Assembly (NCBI GenBank): GCA_963768055.1
Contig: CAVYGN010000002.1
Location: 1,152,001-1,216,000 of the forward strand
Source: an uncultured Spirochaetota bacterium
GTDB taxonomy: Bacteria > Spirochaetota > Brevinematia > Brevinematales > JAOACQ01
DNA: 64,000 nucleotides
Direction of reading: 5' to 3'
Shown here: piece after piece, positions 49,401-59,470 of the stretch
Layout: the number at the start of each line of letters is the position of its first letter
How positions within the stretch are numbered: the stretch's first letter is position 1
Notes under the pieces: model-generated
The model's database searches: none
What the model was told of the DNA's origin: nothing
What the model saw: the letters and a program-made list of their open reading frames with translations, nothing else
Position numbers and translations under genes: made by a program

Positions 49401-52396
49401 TCCTTCCAGTGCCTGATAAAGGCGTTGAAAATAAAAATATTACGGGCCCTCCATTCCCTGGCATTAAGGTTTTCCATGAGGCGCAGTCCCAACAGGCCGA
49501 AGCGGTAGCCGTTCTCTATATCCCCCAAAACCCCGCAAAGTATGATACCGTATCCTGAATAACTGCTTGTGGCCACGGAGGTATTGCCGTAATTTATGGA
49601 TAACTGGAGGCTTTTCATTATCAGTAATGCGAAGAGGGAGGGAATTGTCATATAAAGGCTGGCCGTCAGAATATGAATTATCATCAAGAGGTCGAGTTTT
49701 TCCGGATCGGTCATCCTGGGTAGATTAAGGAGGCTTTCAATATTTTTTCCTTTCAGGATAAGTTTTGTATTAAGTAATTCCAGGATAATATTCAATACGC
49801 CCGGATTCCCGGGAAGCCTCTCTCCAAGGAGATTGAGGCTGTGCAGGCCGGTCTGAATAGCCTTCAGGGGCTGATTCTGGGCTATATATGAATGCATTCT
49901 GGAAAGGTAGATATTTACCTTGTCATGAACCGTACGGGCATTTCCGAGCAATGTTTCTGCCAGATTTTCCATTTCAGCAAACTCTGTGGAAAGATATGCC
50001 GCCTCGACAGCCTCGCTGAAGAGCGTAAGAGCGAGGGAGTATTGCGTATTCCAGCAATCCTTCTCCAGGCAGGAAATACCCGTCTTAAGGTATCTATATG
50101 CCTGCTCATATGCCGCCGACGCCCTCGCCTTCCGGCCGGCAATAAGGTTCATTCCGGCGAGCCTCTTTCGTTCTTCATTGTCTTCGATAAGTTCCCGCCC
50201 CAGATTAAAGTGATGGACTATCTCGAAGACATGCTCTTCAAGGGCCTCCGGCGGCGTGTGGGCCAGTATGGACCTGCCTGCCCTGAGGTGGAGGACCTGC
50301 TTCTGCGAATCATCGATCAAAGAATAAGAAGCCTGCTGTACCCGGTCATGGAGAAACCTGTATCCGGGGGCGGCAGCTGAAAAATCAATATCCGTATCTC
50401 CGGTAAGCACGAATTTGTAAGACTTGTCCGCAGGGACGGCAAGCCCTTCTTCAAGGGCAGGCCATAAAAAACGGGCTGTTTCCGGCACGAATTTCCCTGA
50501 GACAATTGATAAAGTCCGGAGATCGAATTGATTGCCGATGCAGGACGCATATTTCAGTATTTCCTGTGTGGCGGGAGGGAGTTTTTTTATCTTTCCGACC
50601 ATGAAATCGATGACGTTTTCTGTTATCTCATGTTCTTTAAGCTTGTCCATATCCCAATGCCAGCGCCTGTGTTCTGCATCGAATTCGATCAGGCCCTCCC
50701 TGTAGAGGGACAGCAGGAACTGGCTGAGGTAAAACGGGTTGCCGCGGGTCTTCTGATAACACAGGCCGGTCAGGTCTGCGGCGTCATTATCCGCGCAATG
50801 AAGAGCCTCGATTATGAGCCGGCTGATATGATTTATGGAAAGCGGGGACAGGATAATCCTGTTCAATAACGTACCGGCCTTCTCCATACGACCCAGGGCG
50901 ATCATAAGCGGATGTCCTTCTTCCACTTCATTGTCGCGGTAGGCGCCGATAAGAAGAAGGGAACAGTCCGAAGGGTCGCTCATGATGAATTCGATCAGCT
51001 GCAGCGAAGCCTGATCGGCCCACTGCAGGTCGTCGAGAAAGATTACTAAAGGATTGGATGGAAGTGCGAAGATCCGGACAAAATTCTGAAAGACGTAACG
51101 AAACCGGTTTTGCTCCTCTTCGGGTGAAAGAACGGGAATATACGCCTGGGCTCCTATGATCAGTTCCACTTCAGGGATGACCTCCGCCACCACTTTCCCG
51201 TTCGGTCCTAATGCCGCAAGTATTTTTTCCTTCCAAAGGGCTAAAGAAACATCGCCCTCAGAAAGAAGCTGCCGGATGAGCTGCCCGAATGCGTAGATCA
51301 GCGGGGCGTAAGGAATATTGCGGTGAAGCTGGTCGAACTTTCCTTCAATAAAATATCCCTGTTTCTTCACGATGGACCTCTGGATTTCATGGACGACCGC
51401 CGTCTTGCCGATCCCCGCGTAGCCAGTCAGCAGCATGATCTCCGCCCTGCCCGAGGACGACCGTTCGAAGACATCAAGCAGAAGACTGATCTCCTTATCC
51501 CGGCCGTAAAGCTTCTGAGGGATCTGGAATTCTTCGGGGAAGTCATCCCCGCCAAGCTCGAACTGCTCAGAGTCAGGCCAGGTTTCTAAACATCTTTTCA
51601 GATCGGCTGTCAGGCCGTAATCGCTCTGGTAACGGTCCTCAGCCATCTTCGATATAAGCTTCATAATAATTAAAGAGAGAACGGGAGGGATCGCCGGGTT
51701 CAGTTCGTGCGGGACTGCAGGCGTTTTAGCGATATGGCTGTGAACCAGTTCCAGCGGGTCCGCGCTGTTAAAGGGGAGAGTTCCGGTAAACATCAAGTAA
51801 AATGTTACGCCCAGGGAATACATATCGGTCCGGTAATCCAGGGCGCGGTTCATGCGCCCCGTCTGCTCAGGAGAAATGTACTCAAGAGTTCCCTCCAGGG
51901 AACCGGGATTAAGGATTGCGGTTATCTCGCGGCTCAGTTCAGTAGAAATTCCGAAATCGATTATCTTTACAGTATTTTTCTTCTGGTTCCATAGTATATT
52001 TGAGGGATTGATGTCCTTGTGGATGACCCGCTGCCGGTGGATGATTCCGAGGCATTCCGCGATCCTGACGGCCAGCTTCAAAAGGCCTGCGATATCAAGC
52101 CGGATAGCAGGCAGCAGTGAAGCCAGCGATTCGCCGCCGAAATCCTCCTCGACGATGAAGAATGTGTTTTTGTATTTCTGCAGGTCATAAAACCGGATCG
52201 CCCCGTCTCCTTTCATCTTCTTCGTCATCTCATACTCATGCAGGAAGCGCGAGCACTCCTCCTGCCCTGGATGATCCATGTCGAGAAGCTTTATGATCAC
52301 GGGCAGGCCGTCAGATTCCCTTACCGCATTGTAGATAGAAGTACGGGCGCCCGAATAAATGTTTTTGTTAATGCGGAAAGAAGGTAATGAAATCAT
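46457..52396 (-). CDS. Ser/Thr kinase-AAA ATPase-GAF-PAS-PAS-histidine kinase
   Basis: HKDINPSN, DFG, GYAGIGKT, FLDDLQW, GAF, two PAS, SHEIRTPMN, G boxes. Confidence 0.95.
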   Translation of the reverse strand: MISLPSFRINKNIYSGARTSIYNAVRESDGLPVIIKLLDMDHPGQEECSRFLHEYEMTKKMKGDGAIRFYDLQKYKNTFFIVEEDFGGESLASLLPAIRLDIAGLLKLAVRIAECLGIIHRQRVIHKDINPSNILWNQKKNTVKIIDFGISTELSREITAILNPGSLEGTLEYISPEQTGRMNRALDYRTDMYSLGVTFYLMFTGTLPFNSADPLELVHSHIAKTPAVPHELNPAIPPVLSLIIMKLISKMAEDRYQSDYGLTADLKRCLETWPDSEQFELGGDDFPEEFQIPQKLYGRDKEISLLLDVFERSSSGRAEIMLLTGYAGIGKTAVVHEIQRSIVKKQGYFIEGKFDQLHRNIPYAPLIYAFGQLIRQLLSEGDVSLALWKEKILAALGPNGKVVAEVIPEVELIIGAQAYIPVLSPEEEQNRFRYVFQNFVRIFALPSNPLVIFLDDLQWADQASLQLIEFIMSDPSDCSLLLIGAYRDNEVEEGHPLMIALGRMEKAGTLLNRIILSPLSINHISRLIIEALHCADNDAADLTGLCYQKTRGNPFYLSQFLLSLYREGLIEFDAEHRRWHWDMDKLKEHEITENVIDFMVGKIKKLPPATQEILKYASCIGNQFDLRTLSIVSGKFVPETARFLWPALEEGLAVPADKSYKFVLTGDTDIDFSAAAPGYRFLHDRVQQASYSLIDDSQKQVLHLRAGRSILAHTPPEALEEHVFEIVHHFNLGRELIEDNEERKRLAGMNLIAGRKARASAAYEQAYRYLKTGISCLEKDCWNTQYSLALTLFSEAVEAAYLSTEFAEMENLAETLLGNARTVHDKVNIYLSRMHSYIAQNQPLKAIQTGLHSLNLLGERLPGNPGVLNIILELLNTKLILKGKNIESLLNLPRMTDPEKLDLLMIIHILTASLYMTIPSLFALLIMKSLQLSINYGNTSVATSSYSGYGIILCGVLGDIENGYRFGLLGLRLMENLNAREWRARNIFIFNAFIRHWKDHLRKTLAPLHEAYQTGLETGDLEDAAFSAEVYCIHAFYAGIPLSRLEAEMAGFGETVSRLKQFMQVNVIRICRQTVKNLLGNEMNPARLTGEFYNEDEMLPLHIEAGDRTSIVYMYITKAVLGFMFGEYNDAAGNARKAREYLDGVRSTMMNPVFFFYDSLISLAMIPAMIRPEKRKSLRKVVRNQKMLKKWSLHAPENTRHKWLLVEAELSRIEGRKHDAIKFFKEAILLARENEFVNEEALANELTALFWLGGGDEEIAGLFMREAHYCYNRWGAKAKADQLKSTYPQLLAGSAEKQTNAGVLDLESVIKTSQAISSEVDLDNLLRKVMSILIENAGAQEGCLILKNNGRLMVRARIEEGMDSATLPENLPAEDCGFLSRAIVNYVDRTHESVVLNNALVDAMFMRDPYIIREKPLSILCTPVMQHGEIVGILYMENNQVTAAFTRDRMEVLRILTSQAAISIQNALFYAERKQTEEALRESEEKYRGILENMSEVYYEVDLNGSFIFFNDAGCELLGYSREECLGMNYREYMDKKNAKKIFTLFSKIYRGEIEKGLLYYEIIRKNRDIRTMEGSVMLIKDREGKPAGFRGIQRDVTERKRAEEELRLAEAKYRSIFDNSSDGIYQITPDGRILIANPAIARILGYDSPEEMIAGNKDLIRNLKQDFYVNPAITKDFLKLMLKQGYVTDFEFGAYKKDRSIIDVSVHSHVIRDKKGHILYFEGVLEDITEKKRIKELEIAKEVAEEATKSKSEFLANMSHEIRTPMNAIIGFSQILNEQYYGPLNENQKGYVDDILDSGHHLLSLINDLLDLSKIEADKMTLDKSLFHIGPVIANSLNMIREKCLKNNIGLELQLHPSIEGLEIEADERRIKQILYNLLSNSSKYTPDGGLIRVTGEISGDDVVISVIDTGIGIPQDQFENIFETFYQIPYKNLSKEPGSGLGLPLSRKFAELHNGSLRAESEGPGKGSKFIVRIPFK

Positions 52397-52585
52397 AAAT
52401 CTCCTTCCAGTGCCTGATAAAGGTGTTGAAACATGGAATTCGTACGATAAGACGGTTACTTACAAATTTGTATTATAAAAGAATGAAGATTATAGATATA
52501 ATTATTATTGGATATTATAATATGCATTAATAGTTTGTCCAGTATTTTTATTTTTACAAGCGGTTTGAATTTTTGGAGGCTTTGT

Positions 52586-52750
52586 ATGGCCGAAGAAAAG
52601 ATAGGCAATGTTCCCTGCCCCCCTGAGGCATGTCCCCACTGCGGAAGTCTTGAATGGAAGCCGAAATATATTACTGATGATAAAGGAAATGATATCGGCT
52701 TTTGTACAAAGTGCGGATATCATGGGGTCACAGAACCGCTTAAACATTGA
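52586..52750 (+). CDS. Small Zn-ribbon protein (54 aa)
   Basis: GGAGG RBS; CPHC and CTKC. Confidence 0.7.
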   Translation: MAEEKIGNVPCPPEACPHCGSLEWKPKYITDDKGNDIGFCTKCGYHGVTEPLKH

Positions 52751-52812
52751 GAACAATTTGTTAATACTTATAATTATGATTAATTCCTGCTTTTGTTTTC
52801 TCTGAAGAAAAT

Positions 52813-53436
52813 CTATTCGATGCGGTTTTGAGGATATCCGACTGTCTGCCCGAAGAGCACACGCTGGTCGGGGCGTAATTTTAATTTTGACTCGAGGCCG
52901 GCCCTATTACAATTATGGAACCATGAGGCCAGGCCCTGTGAAGAGGCAAATAAATAAATATTACCCGCGATAATACCGGTATCGACATAATAATATGATT
53001 TTTGAACTTCAGGATCCTGCAGCCCGGGTTCCTGATAACCTGCTGTATTGTAAAGTTTGTTTAAATCTGCGATGTAGATGATATGAAGGGGCGCCCTGGC
53101 AGCAAAATCCGATTGGCCTTCACCAATCGCCAGGTACCGCAGGTCTTCTAATATAACCGGTGCCAGCCTGTGTTGAAAAGCATCGTATAAATAAATCCCA
53201 TCCTGCATAGCCGCATAAAGATCGATTTCCTGTGAATTACTCGCCGATGCAGCCGTTCTTCCTCCAATTCCAAACGGTCCTTTTTTTCGGTTTATCCCAT
53301 TCGCGGCCCAGAGAAGATTTGAAAGTACCTGCAGGGGGATCTTTTTTTCGTTTATTTCACGGATGGTTTTTCTTTGTTTTAAAGCCCTGAATACCTCGCC
53401 GCCGCGATCAAACTTTGGTTTCGGCAGTTCTGTCAT
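52813..53436 (-). CDS. Nitroreductase (SagB-type) family protein
   Basis: LSNLLWAA.G, RTA.SA.N, DTG..A.N.YL.A. Confidence 0.88.
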   Translation of the reverse strand: MTELPKPKFDRGGEVFRALKQRKTIREINEKKIPLQVLSNLLWAANGINRKKGPFGIGGRTAASASNSQEIDLYAAMQDGIYLYDAFQHRLAPVILEDLRYLAIGEGQSDFAARAPLHIIYIADLNKLYNTAGYQEPGLQDPEVQKSYYYVDTGIIAGNIYLFASSQGLASWFHNCNRAGLESKLKLRPDQRVLFGQTVGYPQNRIE

Positions 53437-54248
53437 TGGAACCTCCCCTGATTTTTGAACCCGTACATATTAAAGAGGGTCTTTCCCATAATTCCGATAG
53501 TTGATCTTCTTGGAATCAGCCGGCGTATTATAAAATCTGCAAGTATGTTCCCCATGCCGGGAATCGAGACCGGTTTTTTCCCGATATCCCTGAGGGCGGT
53601 ATTAGCGACAAAACCCGGATCCATTGCCCTGATTTTACGGCCTTGCAAGCTTTGACGGTAGTTAGGGGTGTCGGTCGCCCCGGCCGCACATGCCAGTACA
53701 TCGATGCCGAATGGTTTAAATTCATACCATAATCCTTCGGCCAATATCAGGTTCCATGCCTTGGTTGCGGCATAGTTCACGATCAATGGAGAGCCTTGAG
53801 AGGAACTTAGGCTTGACATGAGAATAATCCCGCCGCAGCCACGCTTGATAAATCTTTCGCCGAACAAGTATGATAGAGTAAGCGGCCCTTTGCAGTTGAT
53901 ATCAATTTCCTTATGGTGCTGCTCCAGGGGATTATCCAGAAATGGGCCTATCAAGGACAGGGCTGCATTATAAACTACCAGCCCGATATCGAGGCCGGCT
54001 GTCATTTTATTGATTTCCGATATTCTCATTGTTTCGGATAAATCAAAATTTATTGTACGGATGCTGATATGGTACAAGTCCTCCAGTTTTCGAGCAACCT
54101 CTTTCATGAGTCCTTCGCGCCGTGCGATCAGGACAAGGTTCAAACCGATCCCGGCCAGTGAATCTGCAAAAGATTCTCCCAGGCCCGAAGAGGCCCCCGC
54201 GATAAGAGCCCATGGGCCGTATTTTTTCATAAAAGCGTCTTTTTTCAT
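53433..54248 (-). CDS. Short-chain dehydrogenase/reductase
   Basis: YGPWALIAGASSGLG, YNAA, YAATK. Confidence 0.93.
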   Translation of the reverse strand: MKKDAFMKKYGPWALIAGASSGLGESFADSLAGIGLNLVLIARREGLMKEVARKLEDLYHISIRTINFDLSETMRISEINKMTAGLDIGLVVYNAALSLIGPFLDNPLEQHHKEIDINCKGPLTLSYLFGERFIKRGCGGIILMSSLSSSQGSPLIVNYAATKAWNLILAEGLWYEFKPFGIDVLACAAGATDTPNYRQSLQGRKIRAMDPGFVANTALRDIGKKPVSIPGMGNILADFIIRRLIPRRSTIGIMGKTLFNMYGFKNQGRFQ

Positions 54249-54253
54249 AATCG

Positions 54254-54769
54254 TTATTCCATTGCCCGGGTAAAAGGATGCCCGTTCTTAGACATACGCC
54301 AGATAACGTATATAGGAAACAGGAACCAGGGTAGATTCGCCATTAAGACCATAGGAAGGTCGGGCGTAGGATAAGATCCGCAGATCTCTTCGCCGAAGAT
54401 GATAATAACATTGGTGATTAGCATAGTACTTGTAATAATAGAGGGTATCCTGATCCATTCCCGGCCTTTGATAAATGCATAGATGGCGGCGATGTAATAA
54501 GGCCCGAAAATAATCACGTCGATCCAGATAGTCATTTTCCACCACACCGGCCGTGCAAATAACAACGGATCGAAACTCTTTCCATACCAGTGAACCAGAT
54601 CGACAACAATTTTAGGAGGCCAGACAGGATAAGTAAAGTTCGAAGCGTTCGCTACAACGACCTGTTCCAGGTCGAAGAGGTATGTAATAAAGATTATGTT
54701 GATCAAATAGAAAACAATAATCGCTATATCCCCTTTTCTCATATGCAGCGGGATTGTTTTACGGTTCAT
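54254..54769 (-). CDS. EXPERA/emopamil-binding (TM6SF2/EBP) membrane protein
   Basis: WY...DPL, NLPW..FP; four TM helices. Confidence 0.8.
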   Translation of the reverse strand: MNRKTIPLHMRKGDIAIIVFYLINIIFITYLFDLEQVVVANASNFTYPVWPPKIVVDLVHWYGKSFDPLLFARPVWWKMTIWIDVIIFGPYYIAAIYAFIKGREWIRIPSIITSTMLITNVIIIFGEEICGSYPTPDLPMVLMANLPWFLFPIYVIWRMSKNGHPFTRAME

Positions 54770-54927
54770 AATATCGTTCCTCCGCCAGATATCTAAACTC
54801 AATATTATATTTTTGTCAATATTTTACATGTTTATTTCCATGTTGTAAAATGAAACCTCCGGCCCATTGCGGTGAGTTATAATATCTGTTATAATTCAAT
54901 ATGGATTTTACAGAGAGGTCCTAATCT

Positions 54928-55398
54928 ATGGTCCCGGGAAACGGCTGGATCCTGCCGGCATTGATCATGGCCCCTAATGTCTTATTCCTGTTTTTTTTAC
55001 CGGTGGACGCCCCGATAAAGGAAAATCCGGATAAATTCGGCCGGTTTATGATAATTCTTGAAAGAACCGGCCAGGCGGGAGTCGTTATTATTCCCTTCTT
55101 TTACAATTTCCAGTTTCAGCCGGGCACTATTTTAGAAAAAACCGGCCTTGCCGCTGCAGTTCTCAGCCTTATTTTCTACTATTCGGGATGGCTCCGTTAT
55201 TTCCTGCTGGGAAGGCATTTCCGTCTCCTTTTTGAACCGATGTTAATAATCCCTCTGCCGATGGCTGTCAGTCCTGTTATTTGCTTTATATCCGGCTCTA
55301 TTGTTCTGTCGTCATTTCCCCTGTTCATTGCGGCGGTAATTTTGGCGGCGGGGCACTTGTATAATTCCGCCGTAACTTTGAGTTCCATAAGAAATTAA
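54928..55398 (+). CDS. Hypothetical membrane protein
   Basis: Hydrophobic ORF, PN..F, LER.GQ, P.PMA..P. Confidence 0.7.
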   Translation: MVPGNGWILPALIMAPNVLFLFFLPVDAPIKENPDKFGRFMIILERTGQAGVVIIPFFYNFQFQPGTILEKTGLAAAVLSLIFYYSGWLRYFLLGRHFRLLFEPMLIIPLPMAVSPVICFISGSIVLSSFPLFIAAVILAAGHLYNSAVTLSSIRN

Positions 55399-55412
55399 GA
55401 GAGGCCTATTTG

Positions 55413-56132
55413 ATGAAAAAGCTGTTAATAATCGTCCTTCTCGCAATTCCGGCGTTTGCTTTCTCAGATGAGACTTTGATTGAAGCCGCTACAAACGGCG
55501 ATCTTTCGTTTTTCGAAAATTATAAAGGCGATATTAACCTGCCTCTTGACAATGACGGCTGGACGGTTTTAATGGAAGCGGCGGCTTACGGCAAAACGGA
55601 TATTGTTAAACATTTGATCGGGTCGAAGGCAAATGTAAACGCGGTGAACAAGCTTGGTTATACAGCTTTGATGCTTGCCGCCATTAAGGGCCAAACCGGA
55701 GCGGCCAGGCTTTTAATTTCGGCAAAGTCCGATGTCAACGCCGCGAATAATGACGGTTTTACCGCTTTAATGGGAGCTGCCGAAGAAGGCCAGACTGAAG
55801 TAGTTAATGCATTGATCTCGGCAAAAGTATTCGTAGATGCGGCGGATAAAAACGGGCAGACCGCTTTGATGTGGGCGATATATTTGAACTTTATCGAACA
55901 TAAGGATACGGTCGAAGCATTGATCAGGGCAAAATCCAATGTTAACTGGAGGGATAAGGAAGGTTATACGGCTTTAATGTATGCAGTAGTAAGGGATCAG
56001 TCCGACATAGTCAAAATTTTGCTCTCTGCCGGGGCCGAAGTCAACGCGCTGAACAATGGCGGAACTACCGCTTTATCACTTGCTAAAGATCCGACTATTA
56101 TCAATATTTTAAAATTGGCCGGGGGTAGATAA
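55413..56132 (+). CDS. Secreted ankyrin-repeat protein
   Basis: Signal peptide; repeated G.TALM.A. Confidence 0.93.
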   Translation: MKKLLIIVLLAIPAFAFSDETLIEAATNGDLSFFENYKGDINLPLDNDGWTVLMEAAAYGKTDIVKHLIGSKANVNAVNKLGYTALMLAAIKGQTGAARLLISAKSDVNAANNDGFTALMGAAEEGQTEVVNALISAKVFVDAADKNGQTALMWAIYLNFIEHKDTVEALIRAKSNVNWRDKEGYTALMYAVVRDQSDIVKILLSAGAEVNALNNGGTTALSLAKDPTIINILKLAGGR

Positions 56133-56220
56133 CTCAGTACGGGAGTTTTTTAAGACACCAAGGATTGGCTGGTTTTATAAAAAGTCAACTCAATCGTGTC
56201 AACAGATAAGATAGCCGCGA

Positions 56221-58077
56221 TTATTTTCCTTTAAACATATACCTCTTGACTTTATTGCTTGAAGTCATCGGCAGTTCTTTATCAAGTATCTCAAATCCTT
56301 TGACTTTTTTATAATCCGCCATGGTACTGGTTTTTTCTTTAATTTCCATAGAGATGAGTTCCCGGATATCGGAATTATCCAGTTTTTTCTGCGTTTCTTT
56401 TTCAAGTACGGAAATAGCATCAAAATTAGGATAAATAAAAGCATAGGGGTATTCGCCCGAATTGCCCTCCGATTTAGGAATGACTACTACTTCTGAAATG
56501 TATTCGCTTTCCAGGAGATTGTTTTCTATCTCCTCCGGATAGATATTTTTTCCACCCCTGGTAACAATAATATTTTTCATTCTTCCCCTGATTGAAATGT
56601 AGCCGTCTTTATCTATCCTGGCTATGTCGCCTGTATGAAGATAACCATTGTGATCTATAACCTCAGAGGTTAATTTTGGATCGTGGTAATAACCCAGCAT
56701 TATATGAGGGCCCCTGGTTAATAGTTCTCCGTCCCCGTTTTGATCCGGTTTATCGATTTTAACTTCCACATTGCAGAGCGGCAGGCCGACCGTTCCCGCA
56801 CGATTATTTTCCGGTACCGTGGCGGAAATGACAGGCGAACATTCAGTTAAACCATAACCCTGCATTATGGTCAATCCCAGAGTTTCCATTCCGTCTATGA
56901 TTTCTTTTGGAATGGGACCGGCGCCGGAAATAAAGAATTTCAGATTTATTACGCCCAATTGTTTACGGATGCTTTTAAATAGTACCGGGCCGATTTTAAT
57001 TTGGAAAAATTTGTAGAAAAAACGGCTGATTCCGAAAAGAATTCTGAAAATCATATAAACTGCCAATCCCTTCTCACGGGCGCCGGTAAAGATGTTTTTA
57101 TAAATCTTTTCAATTAATACGGGGACCGCCGGGATGCATGTCGCACCGGTTTCCCGCATTGTCTGGATCAGGATATTCGGCCGTAATGTCGGGACAGTAG
57201 TTATCGTTGCATATGTAAGAATCGGTAAAATTACCCCAAGGATAGTAGGATAAGCATGATGGTAAGGCAGGACGATGATCCAGTTATCGCCCGGCCCCAA
57301 TTCAGTAACCATGTTCAGCCCATCGGCGTTTGTAATTAAATTTTTATGCGAGAGCATAACACCCTTGGGCTTACCTGTGGTCCCTGAAGTGAATATCAGG
57401 GCTGCCAGGTCCTGCGGTAAAACCTCTGCTTTCTCATAGTATAAATGACCATCGGCTATCAATTTTTTTCCCAGGCGGACTAAAGAATCAAAATATACAA
57501 ACCTGGCATGACGAAAAGGTATCTGATCAGCGAATTCCCTTGCCTCAACAACTTTTAATTCTTCCCTGAAGGCATGAATTTCGGAAAAATCGGGATTTTT
57601 CCCATAAAGTCTTTCCACATCTGCCCCGAGAACCGGGTCTTCGTCAAAAAGAATTATCTGTTTAAGCCGGTGCGACTTTTGTTTGGCATGCAGTACCTTT
57701 TCCAGATGGGTGCTGGAGGTAAATACCAGTTTTGTCCCGCTGGCCTTGATGATTTCTGATAATTCGTTCTGTTTTAAAAGGATATCGAAAGGGGTTATCA
57801 CAGCTCCGATATAGGTGACCGCAAGGTAAGTCAGGGTCCATTCGGTGCGATTTTCAGAAATTACCCCGACAGGTTCACCTTTTTTTACCCCCATGCTGAT
57901 CAAAGCATTGGCTATTGCACGTACTGTTTCCCTCAGTTCGCCGTAACTATATTTTTTATAACCGACATTAAGTTTCATTTGAAGGGCAGTCAAACCCAAT
58001 TTTTCATTTTCAAAACGATCGATGATTTCGCGGATGGAAGTTCTACCGGCTGTTTCCCTGATTTTATTTGAAATCAT
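56221..58077 (-). CDS. Long-chain fatty acid-CoA ligase
   Basis: FTSGTTGKPKGV, QGYGLTE, LHTGD, GKNIYPEEIE. Confidence 0.93.
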   Translation of the reverse strand: MISNKIRETAGRTSIREIIDRFENEKLGLTALQMKLNVGYKKYSYGELRETVRAIANALISMGVKKGEPVGVISENRTEWTLTYLAVTYIGAVITPFDILLKQNELSEIIKASGTKLVFTSSTHLEKVLHAKQKSHRLKQIILFDEDPVLGADVERLYGKNPDFSEIHAFREELKVVEAREFADQIPFRHARFVYFDSLVRLGKKLIADGHLYYEKAEVLPQDLAALIFTSGTTGKPKGVMLSHKNLITNADGLNMVTELGPGDNWIIVLPYHHAYPTILGVILPILTYATITTVPTLRPNILIQTMRETGATCIPAVPVLIEKIYKNIFTGAREKGLAVYMIFRILFGISRFFYKFFQIKIGPVLFKSIRKQLGVINLKFFISGAGPIPKEIIDGMETLGLTIMQGYGLTECSPVISATVPENNRAGTVGLPLCNVEVKIDKPDQNGDGELLTRGPHIMLGYYHDPKLTSEVIDHNGYLHTGDIARIDKDGYISIRGRMKNIIVTRGGKNIYPEEIENNLLESEYISEVVVIPKSEGNSGEYPYAFIYPNFDAISVLEKETQKKLDNSDIRELISMEIKEKTSTMADYKKVKGFEILDKELPMTSSNKVKRYMFKGK

Positions 58078-58234
58078 AAACCTACTCCCAATAAAGGTTT
58101 TGATTTGAAATGCTAAAGAAATTCATAATTCATTGAATAATAATGATATAGTAAAAAACAAGCCGTAAAAAAGCAAGTAAAAGGAGGTTTTTATAAAAAA
58201 TTTCGCGAAGGTTTAGCGGCCTGCAGGCCCGGGG

Positions 58235-59074
58235 CTATTTCCAGACGCTTATTTCATCAAGTTCGCAAGAATTGTTATTATCCCCCGTCTCTTTTACCAG
58301 TATACCGGTTTCTTCATCGATCCAGAAAAAATAATCCTTATAAAAGATCTCCATGAGCATAGCCAGAAAAATATTTCCCATTGACCAGCTGAATTTAACT
58401 GTGTTGAATTTCCCGGCTTTTGTTTCGACAATTTCCCTTCCTTTGAAAATAAAACTTCCTACGAACGGGTCTTTTATCCAGTGCGGCACGACCATATTTA
58501 CGCTTCCAGGATTCGAAGGGTCAAGATAACGCAAGCCCAGATACATGACGGAGTTCCAGTTCCATACAGGATAACCGGGTTTAATTTTAAGAGTGCTTGA
58601 GGATGTTTTCAGGGTGCATCCATCCCAGTCTTTTTCGATATAATTAGCCTCCAGCGATTTCTCATCGATTTTCAATTCCGTAAAAACAATACCCTTTTTA
58701 TTATCTAGCACGGCATTGGTTTGATAATCCTCGAAGAAGTATTGTAGCGATCCGCTTTCCAGAGAAACGATCATTTTCGAGGGATAGTTAGTATAATGGT
58801 CCGGAATTTTGACTTTCGAACCGATTTTAACAAGGGTCATATAAGCGGTAATTTTTTTCGAATTATCATCAACAGTATTAACAATTGTAAAATCTCCTGT
58901 TTTCGTTCCTTTCTCCATCACTGAATATCTCAAAACCTCTCCATTTTGTATGGCTTTCGGGGTCGGTTTCATCGGATTGTCGGAATAATTCTTTCCCGGG
59001 CACATAGCGATTAAGATAAAAAATACCGAAATGAATATAAAGCCTCTTTTATTCAATTTTTCCATAAAAACCAT
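58235..59074 (-). CDS. Exported hypothetical protein (DUF3108-like)
   Basis: Signal/TM segment; GE.L.Y and E.V.TKAG.F. Confidence 0.55.
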   Translation of the reverse strand: MVFMEKLNKRGFIFISVFFILIAMCPGKNYSDNPMKPTPKAIQNGEVLRYSVMEKGTKTGDFTIVNTVDDNSKKITAYMTLVKIGSKVKIPDHYTNYPSKMIVSLESGSLQYFFEDYQTNAVLDNKKGIVFTELKIDEKSLEANYIEKDWDGCTLKTSSSTLKIKPGYPVWNWNSVMYLGLRYLDPSNPGSVNMVVPHWIKDPFVGSFIFKGREIVETKAGKFNTVKFSWSMGNIFLAMLMEIFYKDYFFWIDEETGILVKETGDNNNSCELDEISVWK

Positions 59075-59470
59075 AAAACATCCTCCTTTATTTTGAATAA
59101 ATAATTTCCATTACTTGCACGTATTTCACCAGCCCGGGATCTATATAAACACCTGTTAATATAAATAATGGTATATATAAACCATCGCTTATATTCTATC
59201 ACTAAAAAGTTCTGTTGTCAAGGTGTAATATTTATTTATTATTAACTGAAAGTTAACAATCGATAACTATAATAATATAATTGATTATAGAATGAAGGAA
59301 ATTTATGGGAGCTGTAAAAGTCCTGCTCGTTTGTGCTCATAACTCTGCAAAAATTTATCAAAGAAGTGAGCAAACTTGTATCTTCCGACCCTTTCTGACT
59401 TTTGAGTTGCATTATTTATACCGGAATGGCATAATATAAAAAGCGCTTTTATTCGCATGGAGAAATTATT

